Shown in pieces: positions 37,908 to 49,100 of a DNA stretch of 64,000 nucleotides. The position numbers and the translations under genes are program-made. The notes below the pieces were generated by a model. It saw only the letters and a program-made list of their open reading frames with translations. It did not search any database and was not told the origin of the DNA. Position 1 is the first letter of the stretch, and each line of letters begins with the position of its first letter. Origin of the DNA: Bigelowiella natans CCMP2755 (lineage: Eukaryota; Protista; Cercozoa); NCBI GenBank assembly GCA_000320545.1, contig ADNK01000546.1:1-64000 (forward strand), given 5' to 3'.

Positions 37908-40900
37908 GCGTGTTAACATGTTGTCCATTATGATGATCGAATTAGAAGCTAGAATCATGCGCAGCTTAGTACAAATCAGGCGCTTTCCCTCTATCCCCCT
38001 TTCTTCCTCCCCCCCCAAGAAGAACACACGCTCACACACCCATCATCGCATCGCTACTACGTACACAGGCACCTTGCGTCTGGGCGGAGACCCAGTTATT
38101 ACTGAGCGGTTGGCGGCCACTTCCACCACGTCTGCCACTTTGTTTTCCTGTCGTCGTCGTTGATGGGGGTCGACGATGTTGTGTGCGCTGCTGCTGCTGC
38201 TGCTGCTGCTGCATCTGCCTTTTATTCCTCCTCCTCATTGTCGTTGCAACTACGTTTTTAGCCGCAGCGGTGGTAGCGGAAAGTTCACTAGATGCTTCGG
38301 AGAGCTTAGCCTCCATTTGATCGAGGGCGCGATCCTGCGCTTTGGACCTCATCTCTTGCCGCACGATCTTCGAGAGGAGCTGAAGCACTACGTCTTGCAT
38401 GTCCGGGAGGCCCATACCTGAAGTCGTAGTATTGGTAGTAGATGTTGTTATGATTATTTTCAGCAGCACGATCATAAATCATTATAATTCATATGTGACT
38501 ACACTACTACTATACTACGACTAACTGACTGACTGACTGACTGACTTGGATGGCGCTTGAAGAGCTGAGCAGTTAGATTCCCGGGATGTTCCTTGGTATT
38601 CCAGGTAGCAAGGTCGGTGCGAATCTGTACGATTTGGTTCTCAATGAGTGCCTGTCTTGCCTTGAGAGTGTCTGCCGCCTCCAGAGCCTCCACGTACTCG
38701 GCGGTGCCTATTTCAAGCGCCGTAAGCCGCCGCTTGTTGGCTTGCCGCTGTTTTTTCGTCTCTCGAATCTTGATGAGCTTCTCGTTGAGGCGTTGGGTGA
38801 GGTCGCTCTTGGCGACAGCCTCCCCCAGTTCGTATTCGAGACCTGTGCAAAACTTTGTCACGATTGGAGAGGGCTCCGCTAGGTCTCTCGAGGACATGGA
38901 AGATGATTTCCGCCGCAGGGGGTTCTTTCTACCGCTGGCACCTTTACCACTTCGGGTGCTGGCTTTGGTACCGTTTTTATTACTCCTCCTTTTCCTCTCA
39001 AGCATTTTGCTGCCACGCTTGCGGCCCTTACGGCCCGCTCTGGCCTTTGTCTCGAACATTTTCAGCCTTCGTTTGAGAACCTCCTTCTCATCCTCTCGCC
39101 GTTTGATGATGAGGGCCTGCTTGTTGAGCTTGGACTGCAATTTCGTGACCTTGAGCTTAGCCTTGTTGCGTTCACGGACGGCCTTTTGAAGTTCCCTACG
39201 GGTACTCTTGATCCAATTCCTATGGCTCTCGGAAGCCTCTTTCATCTTCCGTTGCAGCACGACCCGCTGCTTTTTGTGACCGGAAATTTCGCCTTGCAAG
39301 CGCTTTAATTTCTCAGCCGCCTTTGCCTTGGATCGCAGAGCCTTCTGGTTCTCCTGATACTTTTTCCGCAACCGAGTGAGATCATCCCCAAGTTTCTTAA
39401 GCTTTGCTTCATATTTGGAAATAATTCTATTATTGGCGGCGTTCCCGCGCCCACCAGTCTGATCAATTTCCTTCAGCGCACGATCGCGCTCATCTTTAAT
39501 GCGCTTCACTTCATCCTCTAGACTATTGATCTTTACCTTAAAATCCTTCTCTATGATACGTGCTCGCTGCTGAGTATGAATAAGCTTTTTCATCAAAAGC
39601 TCCTTCTTCTGGATGTCCTGGTCGAGGTTTTTCACCTCTGAGGTGAGTCCAGCTAAGCGCTCCAAACGTAGCTTCGATTTTTCTATCTCACTCGCACTTG
39701 CATTGCCCCTGCTAGTGTTGTTGTCATCATCATCGTCGTCGTCGTCGGGCAGAATGTGTGAGGCGCACACCTCTGCAGGGATGTTGTTACGGACTTCATT
39801 CAGCAGCACCACCAGGAAGTTGCTGCTACTGTCTTTGTCATCTTCGTCTTGCTTGTCTCCCTTCCCATCTCCTCCTCCTCCCACGGACGGATCTCCACCC
39901 ATAGGCGTGCGTGCAGTGGGGTCAGGCTCAGACAGTCTTGCCACGACAGGGCCAGTTCCAAATGGAGTGGTAACAATGTCGCGGACATACATCATACCGA
40001 ACGCCATTTCGAGCACAATCATCCCGTCATCTCTAATTTCGACGAGATTGCCAGTTCCGTACGATGTACTGACCTCCACATCGCCGTCGTCGTCGTCATC
40101 ATCGTCGTCGTCATTGTCGATAGCTGCGTGAGAGAACTCGCCCAAGGAGACTCGACGACTTTTGAAAGCCTCCTTTCTCGGACGGGAGGCAGCCGAAGAA
40201 TCTGCCGATAACATCGTTTCCAGATCGAGGACACGCCGTCGCAGCTTTGCCACCAAGTCTGGAGAAGAAGAAGTTCAATTAAAAAAGGGTATCGTTAGTT
40301 GCTAGCTCAGGGAAAATTTACATCGGAGAGTCATACGTAGTCTGCCAGTTTCTATTACTTCAAACCAAAATATCTTTCCAGTATTCAGCAATACCTTTGT
40401 CAGCATCTTGATCATCGTCATCGTCGTCATCGGAGTCTGCCGCCGCCTCCACCAACGACGCTAGAAGCTTGCTCTTACGTTCACCACCTAGAAAACATGT
40501 TGTCTATCGAATCTGTGAGTCAAAGTGGCGAGAAAAACGGTACCAGCGTTTGCGCTTCCTCCCCCTTCCTCCTGGGCTTTCTTTATCCTCGTTTTGATTT
40601 TTTGTATCTTACGGCGCATCTTGTCTTGCTCTGTTTCTGCCTCGAGGACCTTATCCCTAAACAAATTCATTGTAGCAGCATCATTCAAACATATCAAAAC
40701 ATGTCAAACTTATCAAAATATGACAAACTTATCTATCAAACAATACACGCACGAGGATTATTGGGGAATATTCGCATTTTCTCTTCATTATCTCTCTCAT
40801 GTTATTCCGATTAGGACCTCATTGCGCTGAGCTGGCCGCGTGTGGTTTCCAAACGCTTTGTAAGTCTTTTCACTTCAAACTCAGAATCTAATAGTTGGTT

Positions 40901-41091
40901 CTGAAAAACGGTTGATAAAAACACCGCAATCATTCTTTCATTCACTTTTGACATCATATGCTTCAAAATTATATGAACTCAAAGGGGAAGGGTTTGCTAT
41001 GGCCAGTGTACCGTGACTTCCTCGTACGCCTCCGACGATATTCCAGCAGCGAGAAAATCTCCCTAGAAGATATTATGAGGTTTGTGGACTA

Positions 41092-41123
<32 letters not shown>

Positions 41124-43317
41124 GATTAGGATTTTGGAAAACTAATGTGAACAGATAACGCACAATCATCATATTCAAATAACATCGTTAGACCAGCCGT
41201 ACCCCTCCGCTCGCCACTAATGCAGTTTCAAGTTCTTTGATTCGTTTGCTCATCTTTTCCTAAAAGTGAAATGTAAGTCGCCGGCTGCACACTTGAGAAA
41301 GATAATTCGAAGGATATGAAAACAAAAAAGTACATACAATCTTGGCTGCCATGGGATCTCTATTTATAACAGGTTTGTTCTTGATGTTCCGCGCTCGGTT
41401 TGCATACCTTTGAGATAAAGATTTTAAATTTGATATTTGGTGGAATAACGGAAATAATTGGATAAGTTTTAAGGAAAAGGAGTTGCTGGGTTTCTCCCCC
41501 CTATGAACGTTCACTACTGCACTAATTACTACTTGAGCGTGTTGAGAGTTTCGTCAAAGTTTGTGTCGGATGGGCTCACACAAGCAATCATCAGGGTCTG
41601 ACTGTTGCCTCCCAACGAATCCTGCATCAAGGTAAGCAACAATGAGTTGATGTGGCACAACTCAGAAATTATTTTTAGAGTAGTAGCACCTGCAACAGAC
41701 GGGTGATCTTTGAGTCTCGGAATGGTACATGCGAGCCCTAAGAGATGACAAACTGCCTCAGCTACCCGGATTTGCAATCAAAATTCAAGAGATTTAAGCA
41801 CTTAAAACCACCACTTCTCACCTTTCGTTTTTCATCTCCAAGTGCGCTGATGACATTTCCCAGGGCGAGCAAACCCTTGTTGATGTTAATGCCTTCTTTC
41901 ATGCGGTCTCCAACCGCGCCCGTACGCTTGAGGCGTTCCGATCCTGCCAGGTCCACGAAGTGAAACTTGGACACAATTGTGTCTTCACGGACATCTGCTT
42001 TGTCGTCGATTTCAACTTGGGTTGTTTGCTTTAAAATCATCGTGAATATTGCGTGAGATCTGGAGGACGTTGCGTTCATTGCCGTAGCCCTAAGTAAGTT
42101 ATTGGTGGGATTAAAGGGTGGTGATGCTGGTGGTGATGATGGTAGATGCGGCTTTTAATAAAAAGGAAGCTACTCCATACTAACCCCGTGACTCTTTGTG
42201 CAGTCCCCCTGTCGAGGGAATTAAGCATATCCTCGGGAGTTTGTGCAATGGCTTCGGTAGCTCCCAAAACTGATATGCCGCCCTGCTTAGTCTCGCGAAT
42301 CTAAATATACATTAAGAGCCCAGTTGGTTTTGATGCACATTTGTGATAAACTTGTGCGTCTCCCTAGTACATCATTATTTACCGATAAATCAGATGTCGC
42401 CAAATTGGGGTTCAAAAGGTCATTGATGCTATCATTATAAATCTCCAAGAATTGGACCTTTAGTTGTTTCAAAATCAAGTATATAGGTGAAATATGATAG
42501 ATTTTTACACAGTATACAATCATGTATGCGTGCAACATAGCTTCATCATCATCTGCAGGCAGTAGTAATTATTTATCCATCGCAACCTTGACTTGGTACG
42601 TCGTAGATGCATTCTTCCCTTCGTCTTTGCCCTCTCCCATTTTCTCTTGAATCTAGATTTTCCAGAAATGGGACCAAATGACAAAAATATATTTAAAAAT
42701 CTAACGGAAGTGGGACTCACAGAGGTAATTAAATGTAGTTGACCTTCGCAAAGACGGTTTCCACCACGCGTGGAACGATACCCAAGGAGTCGTATGCGAC
42801 CTGGTTATTAAGATATTACGAATTTAGTATAGTCTCACATTTTAGTTTATGTTCTCTCTTACGTTGTGGCTTGAAGCCGTTCCCATTGTATAAGTTTTCC
42901 CACTTCCAGTTTGACCATAAGCTAGAATTGTTGCATTGAACCCCTGATGTTGTTTGAAGTCAAGATTACTACTAGATGGGAATCAGCAATCAATTGTCGT
43001 ACTTGCATGAATTTGTCGACCAATCCCTTTACGCAGCTCTCATAGACTCCTTCCTGGTCTATGCCTTCTTCAAATACGTGGTCGTATGTAAAAGCATGAG
43101 ATCTACCGATCACGATTTGTCCTTCCTGCGAAAGAAATTCGCAAACTCGATTAACAAACGAGATACAATTACAGCGCACACGCTATCCGGGGAAAATAAA
43201 ATCCTTGATCAGCACCTGGGGACTACGCAAGCAGCTCTTAGCTCGCTCAGCCCTCTCCTTTGAAGACAAAGGTCGACATCGGACAGCCACGCGGACACTA
43301 CAGTCAGAAGACGACAT
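34543..43317 (-). CDS. Kinesin-4 family motor (KIF4/KIF21/KIF27-like) with long coiled coil and p25alpha-like tail repeats
   Basis: [80 protein letters not shown]; coiled coil 38500-39650. Tail exons splice in phase to the stop at 34543. Confidence 0.88.
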
Positions 43318-43639
43318 CGAAAAATATGCCTCTTCTTTGAGATGGCAATGCCTTAGAACTTCTGGGTATTCCTCAATAGATCGATTTGATAGTCTGCGTT
43401 TCTCTCGCTACTGATCAGTGCCCATGAGGGATGGGGCTCGGGGAGTAAAAATTCGAGGGAAATTTCGAGGTAATTCTCAATGAATAAGCAAATGTGCTTT
43501 CTATAGAAAAAATTACCATTGTAAAATATACACTACGACTAAAAATAATGGTTGTCTCTGTGGTGTATTTATATTCAAATTCATCCAAATAGCTACCATA
43601 AACCATTAGAAACTCTCTGAAAAATCGGCAACTCACATT

Positions 43640-44170
43640 TGCAAGGCTATGAGGAGATAGACTTTTTAGGGCCTATCGAATCGTTCAAGTGCATCGAGAG
43701 GGTGATTGGAGGCGAACAACTGCAAAATTAACACGAATTACCTGCTTTCTAGTTTGCTACTCAAAACCCGAGAAGGACATTGGGTCTTAATTGATAGTGG
43801 GAACGAGCTCGTTCGACAAGATTGAGGAAGGGCCTACATGTAAAACGCAGGGGAAATTGGCCGATGTTGGATTGCTCAAACATGTAAAATTTACTCCCGA
43901 GATCGACGGCAGAAAAAGGCCCAGATGGATATTTTAGGTTGGAGAAAACGCAGTGTGCTGGCAGCATGGCAGCAATGGCAGCACACCCATTAAGATTTGC
44001 CGACCTGGCATGTTGGCGGGAAAATGTTTTGATTTCGGGATGATGTTGAATTTGAAGCATTTAACTGGATTTTTCTCATTGCGACATGATCAACCAATTG
44101 TTTCTCCTAGTCTCACAGTAGTGAACGGAACCTTGCGCTTGTGCCCCAACTGGCTTGTTCCCAGCAATGT
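43640..44170 (+). CDS. Possible exon fragments of an unidentified gene abutting the LTR
   Basis: Short open segments bounded by AG/GT (GYEEIDFLGPIESF; ...LCPNWLVPSN|gtgagc). No family was recognised. Confidence 0.2.
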
Positions 44171-44175
44171 GAGCT

Positions 44176-44501
44176 TGTTGCGCGTAAGGTGTTCACAGGC
44201 CGAGGCGCTACGTGCACAAGTAGGCAGGGGGGGGGAAAGGCACGTTTGCTTCCTTTTGAAGAGTTTTGTTTATTTTTATTAAAGATTATATTTTTATTAA
44301 ATCGTGCACTGCGTAATCATTCGCGAAGCTTTCGCGAATGCCGCCGCACGTGGGGCAGCACACTTCCGGTGTGCTGCCATGAGTCCCGCCGGAACCCACG
44401 TGCCTATGCTGTATTAATATCTACGTTATCTATATTCTATATCCGCGACAACCCCTTTGTTGTCGCACGTGACTTGTGCCCGCGTAGTGGTACGCGCTAC
44501 A
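44176..44501 (-). repeat. LTR copy 1 (outer 3' LTR)
   Basis: tgttgcgcgtaagg...ggtacgcgctaca; looks identical to 50136-50461 by eye. Confidence 0.95.
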
Positions 44502-44746
44502 CCTCCCCCAAGTCACGTTGCTCCTTCCTTCCTTCCTTATTCCCTTAGACCTTCATCGCTTTCGGAACTTCACCAACCACCAGGTAATAGATTCCTCTCT
44601 AACCTTATCTCCTTTGTCGCTTACCCAGAACTCACCTTCGTCCTTAGGTTCGTGTCCATACCAGCCCTCTGCATCAAGGTCCCCCAGGACCTTATACCAG
44701 TGCTCAAAGGGTAAGTCGGGAACAGCTAGGTAGAGTAGCTGATATT

Positions 44747-45073
44747 TGTTGCGCGTAAGGTGTTCACAGGCCGAGGCGCTACGTGCACAAGTAGGCAGGG
44801 GGGGGGGAAAGGCACGTTTGCTTCCTTTTGAAGAGTTGTGTTTATTTTTATTAAAGATTATATTTTTATTAAATCGTGCACTGCGTAATCATTCGCGAAG
44901 CTTTCGCGAATGCCGCCGCACGTGGGGCAGCACACTTCCGGTGTGCTGCCCATGAGTCCCGCCGGAACCCACGTGCTATGCTGTATTAATATCTACGTTA
45001 TCTATATTCTATATCCGCGACAACCCCTTTGTTGTCGCACGTGACTTGTGCCCGCGTAGTGGTACGCGCTACA
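44747..45073 (-). repeat. LTR copy 2 (inner 3' LTR)
   Basis: Same LTR with three single-base homopolymer indels and one substitution seen by eye. Confidence 0.93.
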
Positions 45074-45081
45074 CCTCCCCC
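45074..45081 (-). promoter_or_regulatory. Polypurine tract (GGGGGAGG), duplicated at 44502-44509
   Basis: Purine run abutting the 3' LTR on the minus strand. Confidence 0.75.
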
Positions 45082-45124
45082 AAGTCACGTTGCTCCTTCC
45101 TTCCTTCCTTATTCCCTTAGACCT

Positions 45125-46189
45125 TCATCGCTTTCGGAACTTCACCAACCACCAGGTAATAGATTCCTCTCTAACCTTATCTCCTTTGTCGCTTACCCAG
45201 AACTCACCTTCGTCCTTAGGTTCGTGTCCATACCAGCCCTCTGCATCAAGGTCCCCCAGGACCTTATACCAGTGCTCAAAGGGTAAGTCGGGAACAGCTA
45301 GGTAGAGTAGCTGATATTTTCCGTCCTTTATTTTCATAGCTACCCTCTCCATATTTCGTAATCCAGGGTAGCCTAGATAGACAATCTTCATGCGCCAATC
45401 GTCGTTCACCCTGACCTTATTGTTTCCATATTCCACATCGAACTTAGGTCGGGGTCCTAAACAAGGCATTGCTCGCTCCCACACAGTAGGGTTTACTTTA
45501 ACATCCTCTAGGAGCTTCTCACCGATATCATAATTCTTTAGGTGACTGATGTGGCGCAAGGTGACCCTGTTCCCATCATAGATGTAGTACTGCTTCCTCC
45601 CCTTCCTCTCGGTAACCTTTGCAACGCCACCCCAGAAGGGGTCTTGTTTATTTCTCGATCTCAGATTTACCTTGGCCCTAACATACTGTCCTTCCTTTAG
45701 AACTCGGCCATCGTACGGGACCTTCTCGTCTTCGCTCTCGGTATCGTCGTCGTTGTCGTCGCCTTCTTCCCTCTCCTTATCCTTGATACCTCCCCCAGAC
45801 GTGAAGGTGTCGTTTACTAACCCTTGTATCTTGTCTGGTGTGGTGCTATTTATCCTGCTTAGGTTGGCCAAGGTGCGGTGGAGTCGCTCTACCTTGGAGT
45901 TGGACTGGGCATAGTATACAGGTGAGGCATCAATATTAGGGTGTGGTAGCTGTAGAAGAGAGGTCTCATTATCCACATGTAACTTCTTTGGTATCTTGTT
46001 TATGCTAACTTCATCAGGGATAGCCTGGAGCTCAGACTCCCAGGTACGGTAGCAGTTAGTAAGCCTCTGCTTATATAAGCCTTTGTTTTTTAGCAACGTT
46101 GACCTTGATAATCTTTTTAACCCAGCACTTTCCAGTGGCCACATCAACGAAGGTAAGGTAGTGATAGCCATCGTACTTATAAACATCAA
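45125..46189 (-). CDS. Retrotransposon integrase core C-half, GPY/F-SH3-like module and Dam-methyltransferase-like terminal domain (frameshifted from ORF1)
   Basis: LHVDNE...QSNSKVERLHRTL; KQDPFWGG...RHISHLK; then DW..KIVYLGYPG...RVAMKIK....LYLAVPDLPFEHWYKVL. Confidence 0.85.
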   Translation of the reverse strand: MMFISTMAITTLPSLMWPLESAGLKRLSRSTLLKNKGLYKQRLTNCYRTWESELQAIPDEVSINKIPKKLHVDNETSLLQLPHPNIDASPVYYAQSNSKVERLHRTLANLSRINSTTPDKIQGLVNDTFTSGGGIKDKEREEGDDNDDDTESEDEKVPYDGRVLKEGQYVRAKVNLRSRNKQDPFWGGVAKVTERKGRKQYYIYDGNRVTLRHISHLKNYDIGEKLLEDVKVNPTVWERAMPCLGPRPKFDVEYGNNKVRVNDDWRMKIVYLGYPGLRNMERVAMKIKDGKYQLLYLAVPDLPFEHWYKVLGDLDAEGWYGHEPKDEGEFWVSDKGDKVREESITWWLVKFRKR

Positions 46190-49100
46190 TTTGCACGATA
46201 TCTAAGAAGTTCCTTGCTTTGATTTTCTTAGATGCACGGCTCTTGCTGGACTCCTTGGTGGCGACGCCTGCCGCCTTCAAGCTGGAGCACCTGCAGCCAC
46301 GCAGGTATGTCCTTATCTCTTTTAGCTTGTAGGGCCAGTAGTAATGGTAGAGTAGAGCAGTGATATGGTTTTCTCCTACGTGTGCAGGTCCATGGGCGGT
46401 AAAGAGAAGGGCTCCCCTGGTCCGCCGTGGCACGTAGGTACGCCTAACATTATTAGTGTATACATATATCCTATCACTAAGTACCTCATGCTTGTGTTTG
46501 TATTTATCCAGGTGTTCTTGAAGGTGCTGGAGCTCCTCTGGCTCAGGCAGGAAGTCGCCGTCCTCGAAGGTAATCGCGTTAACCATAGGGGTGACCTGGG
46601 TAGGGACTTTCTTTTCGAACAGCCTGCTGAAATAGTCAGCAAGCTGCTTGTCTCCTGGTGCGTAGACCACTGTCCTCTTGTCCCTAAACTCTTCCGTGTC
46701 CGCCCTCATAGCTGCATACTCATCGTTAGGCGCTTCGAGCTTGCGGTCGATGCCTAGGAGGGGGTTGTGGTCAGTCATTAAGGTGAAGCTGGGCACCGAC
46801 AGCAGGTAGTATCTTAGTTTCCTCTGCGCCTCAGTCATGGCTTTATACTCTCCTTTTGTAGGGCTGTACTTGGCCTCAGCTGCTGTGCAGGCCCTGCCCC
46901 ACACCCGTATGATCTGCTGGTCTTGGGTAAGTACAGCAGCCATACCTAGCTTAGACCAGTCTGTCCATAGGGTAGCTGGTCTAGTAGTGTCTAGCTTAGC
47001 ATTCAATAGGGTGTTGCTGCATAACTTTATTAGGTTATCGAAGTGGGCATCAAGGCCAGCCTTGGCCCACACCTTAGCGAAGCTGAGGCCTACAGAGTTC
47101 TCCTTCCGGTAAGCAGTAGTAAAAGCAGCTGCAGTCCTAGCGTAGGTAGGGGAGAACCTACGTAGTATCCAAGCTGCAGTGTGCAAGAATGACTTTAATT
47201 TCTTTGCATTCTTAGGTTTAGGGGCTTGCTGTAGTGCTGCTACTTTCTCGGGGTTTGGGGTGATGCGGCCTTGCTCCAGGTAATATCCACACCACTTGAT
47301 TCTTGTAGCTAGGAATGTACACTTCTGCAGTCTAATAGTAAAACCGAAGTGTGCAAACCTAATAAATATATTTTCCAGGAGGAAGATCTGAGCGACGACT
47401 GTGTTGGTACATATTATGTCATCATCCACATACACAAACACAAACACCCACAACACAGACGCCATCCCATCATGTGTGTATGCCCTGTAGTTCTGACTAC
47501 TGAACGCATCCCCTGATATGCTTAGGCCGTAAGGGAATACGACGAAGTGCCACTTCCTGTGCCTGCTGGAGAACGCGGTAATGGGGCGGGAGGTTTTGTG
47601 GATGGGTGTCTGCATGTATGATTCATTTTTATCTAGGGAAGAGTAGTATTTGTATCCTATGACGTGTTCAATAACGTCATCTATCCTTGGTGTAGGTGTC
47701 TGGATCCTCTTTATTACTCGGTTGTGGCGGATGAAGTTGTGCGCCAGGCGGAAGAAAGGGTAAGTAGGTTTCTTAGCTAGCACATGTCTCACGTTCCATG
47801 GTGAGTTGCTTGGCTCTATCTTCCCTTCCTTTGCCCATTCATTGATCTGCCACTCTATCTTTTCCCAGTCCGCTTCCGGTCGCCTATGTTCTGGGTCATT
47901 GATGATGCACTCTTCGTATCCCTTCTTTAGCTCGATCTTTACTGGGGTAAGCTTGCTGGAGGGCTTCGTCGTCGGCTTGGTGATGTCAGAGTACTTCTCG
48001 TTTAATATTTTATTAATGTACTTTTTGCCTTTGTCGATATCCCAATCATCAGCTGGGGGGGTCTTGTCCAGTAGCTCCGTTATCTGTCGGATGGTCTTGC
48101 CGGGGTTCTTCTTCCGTAGCTCGGTAGGTGTAGGTAGCTTGTTGTCCGCTAGGTCCATAAACTCTAACGCATTAACGCTTGACTCAGAGGTCCACTCGTC
48201 AAGCCGTATCATGTTCTGGCTGATGGTCCTGCCTGACTTCTTTGGCAACTTAGCAAAGTATATCTTGTGATTGTAGAATGATATGATCCCCCCTAATTTT
48301 TCTAGGGCATCCTGTCCGAGGAGTAGTTCCATGGATAAAGTCATGGCTACTCGGGTCTTGATTTGGGTCTCCGCGTCGCTGCCAGGTATCTGTAGCTTTA
48401 GCATTAGCTCACCGACGGTCTTCATGGAAGAGCTTCCGTCTGCTTGAGCATATTTACGTTCTTTCTTAGTCACTTGATCCAATAGTCCTAACCTTCTTAC
48501 TGTGCTTAGGCTTATGAAGGACTTCGGCATGCTGCCACTATCCCAAAGGGCAGGTAGTTTCTTGTAGTCTCCGTAGCTGTCTTTAACTTTAACCTTGGTC
48601 ATAGCAACTTTGATAGTCCTGTTAGCGTCTTCGTCATTAATGTTGCATACTCCTAAGTTCTTTATGTCGTCTAGGGTCATGGGCTTGTCTTGGTCCTGCG
48701 TTGCTGGTACTGCTGTCTTCGTCGGCGCCTGCTTAAGGTGATCTAATATTCCGTTTATCTGCTGCTGTATAGCATTGATACTGTTCTGCTTTTTGTTCTT
48801 ATATTTATTGTTCTTCCCGTTGTTGCTGCCTTGCCATTTGCTGTTGTTATATCCTTGTCCTCTGCCTTTCTTTCTCTTTAACTTCTCGTAGTGTTCGTTG
48901 AGCTGCCTGATCGTCATCCTGGGTCGTCCTTCTTTCCTGTCTCTGCAGTCTTTAGCGGTGTGTTTCCCTTTACGTGAGCAGTATCCGCAACGTCGGTTAC
49001 CTTCCCTGTCCTTGTACCAGTCTCGCTGCGGCTTAATAGCGTTAATGTTTCCTATGCCAGGTACCTTAGGGCTGGTAAACTTGCGGTCCTGCTCCTGCTC

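Noticed and set aside
44141-45305. Duplicated plus-strand ORFs in the LTR region
   Set aside because: They are by-products of the LTR and duplicated sequence with no protein signature.
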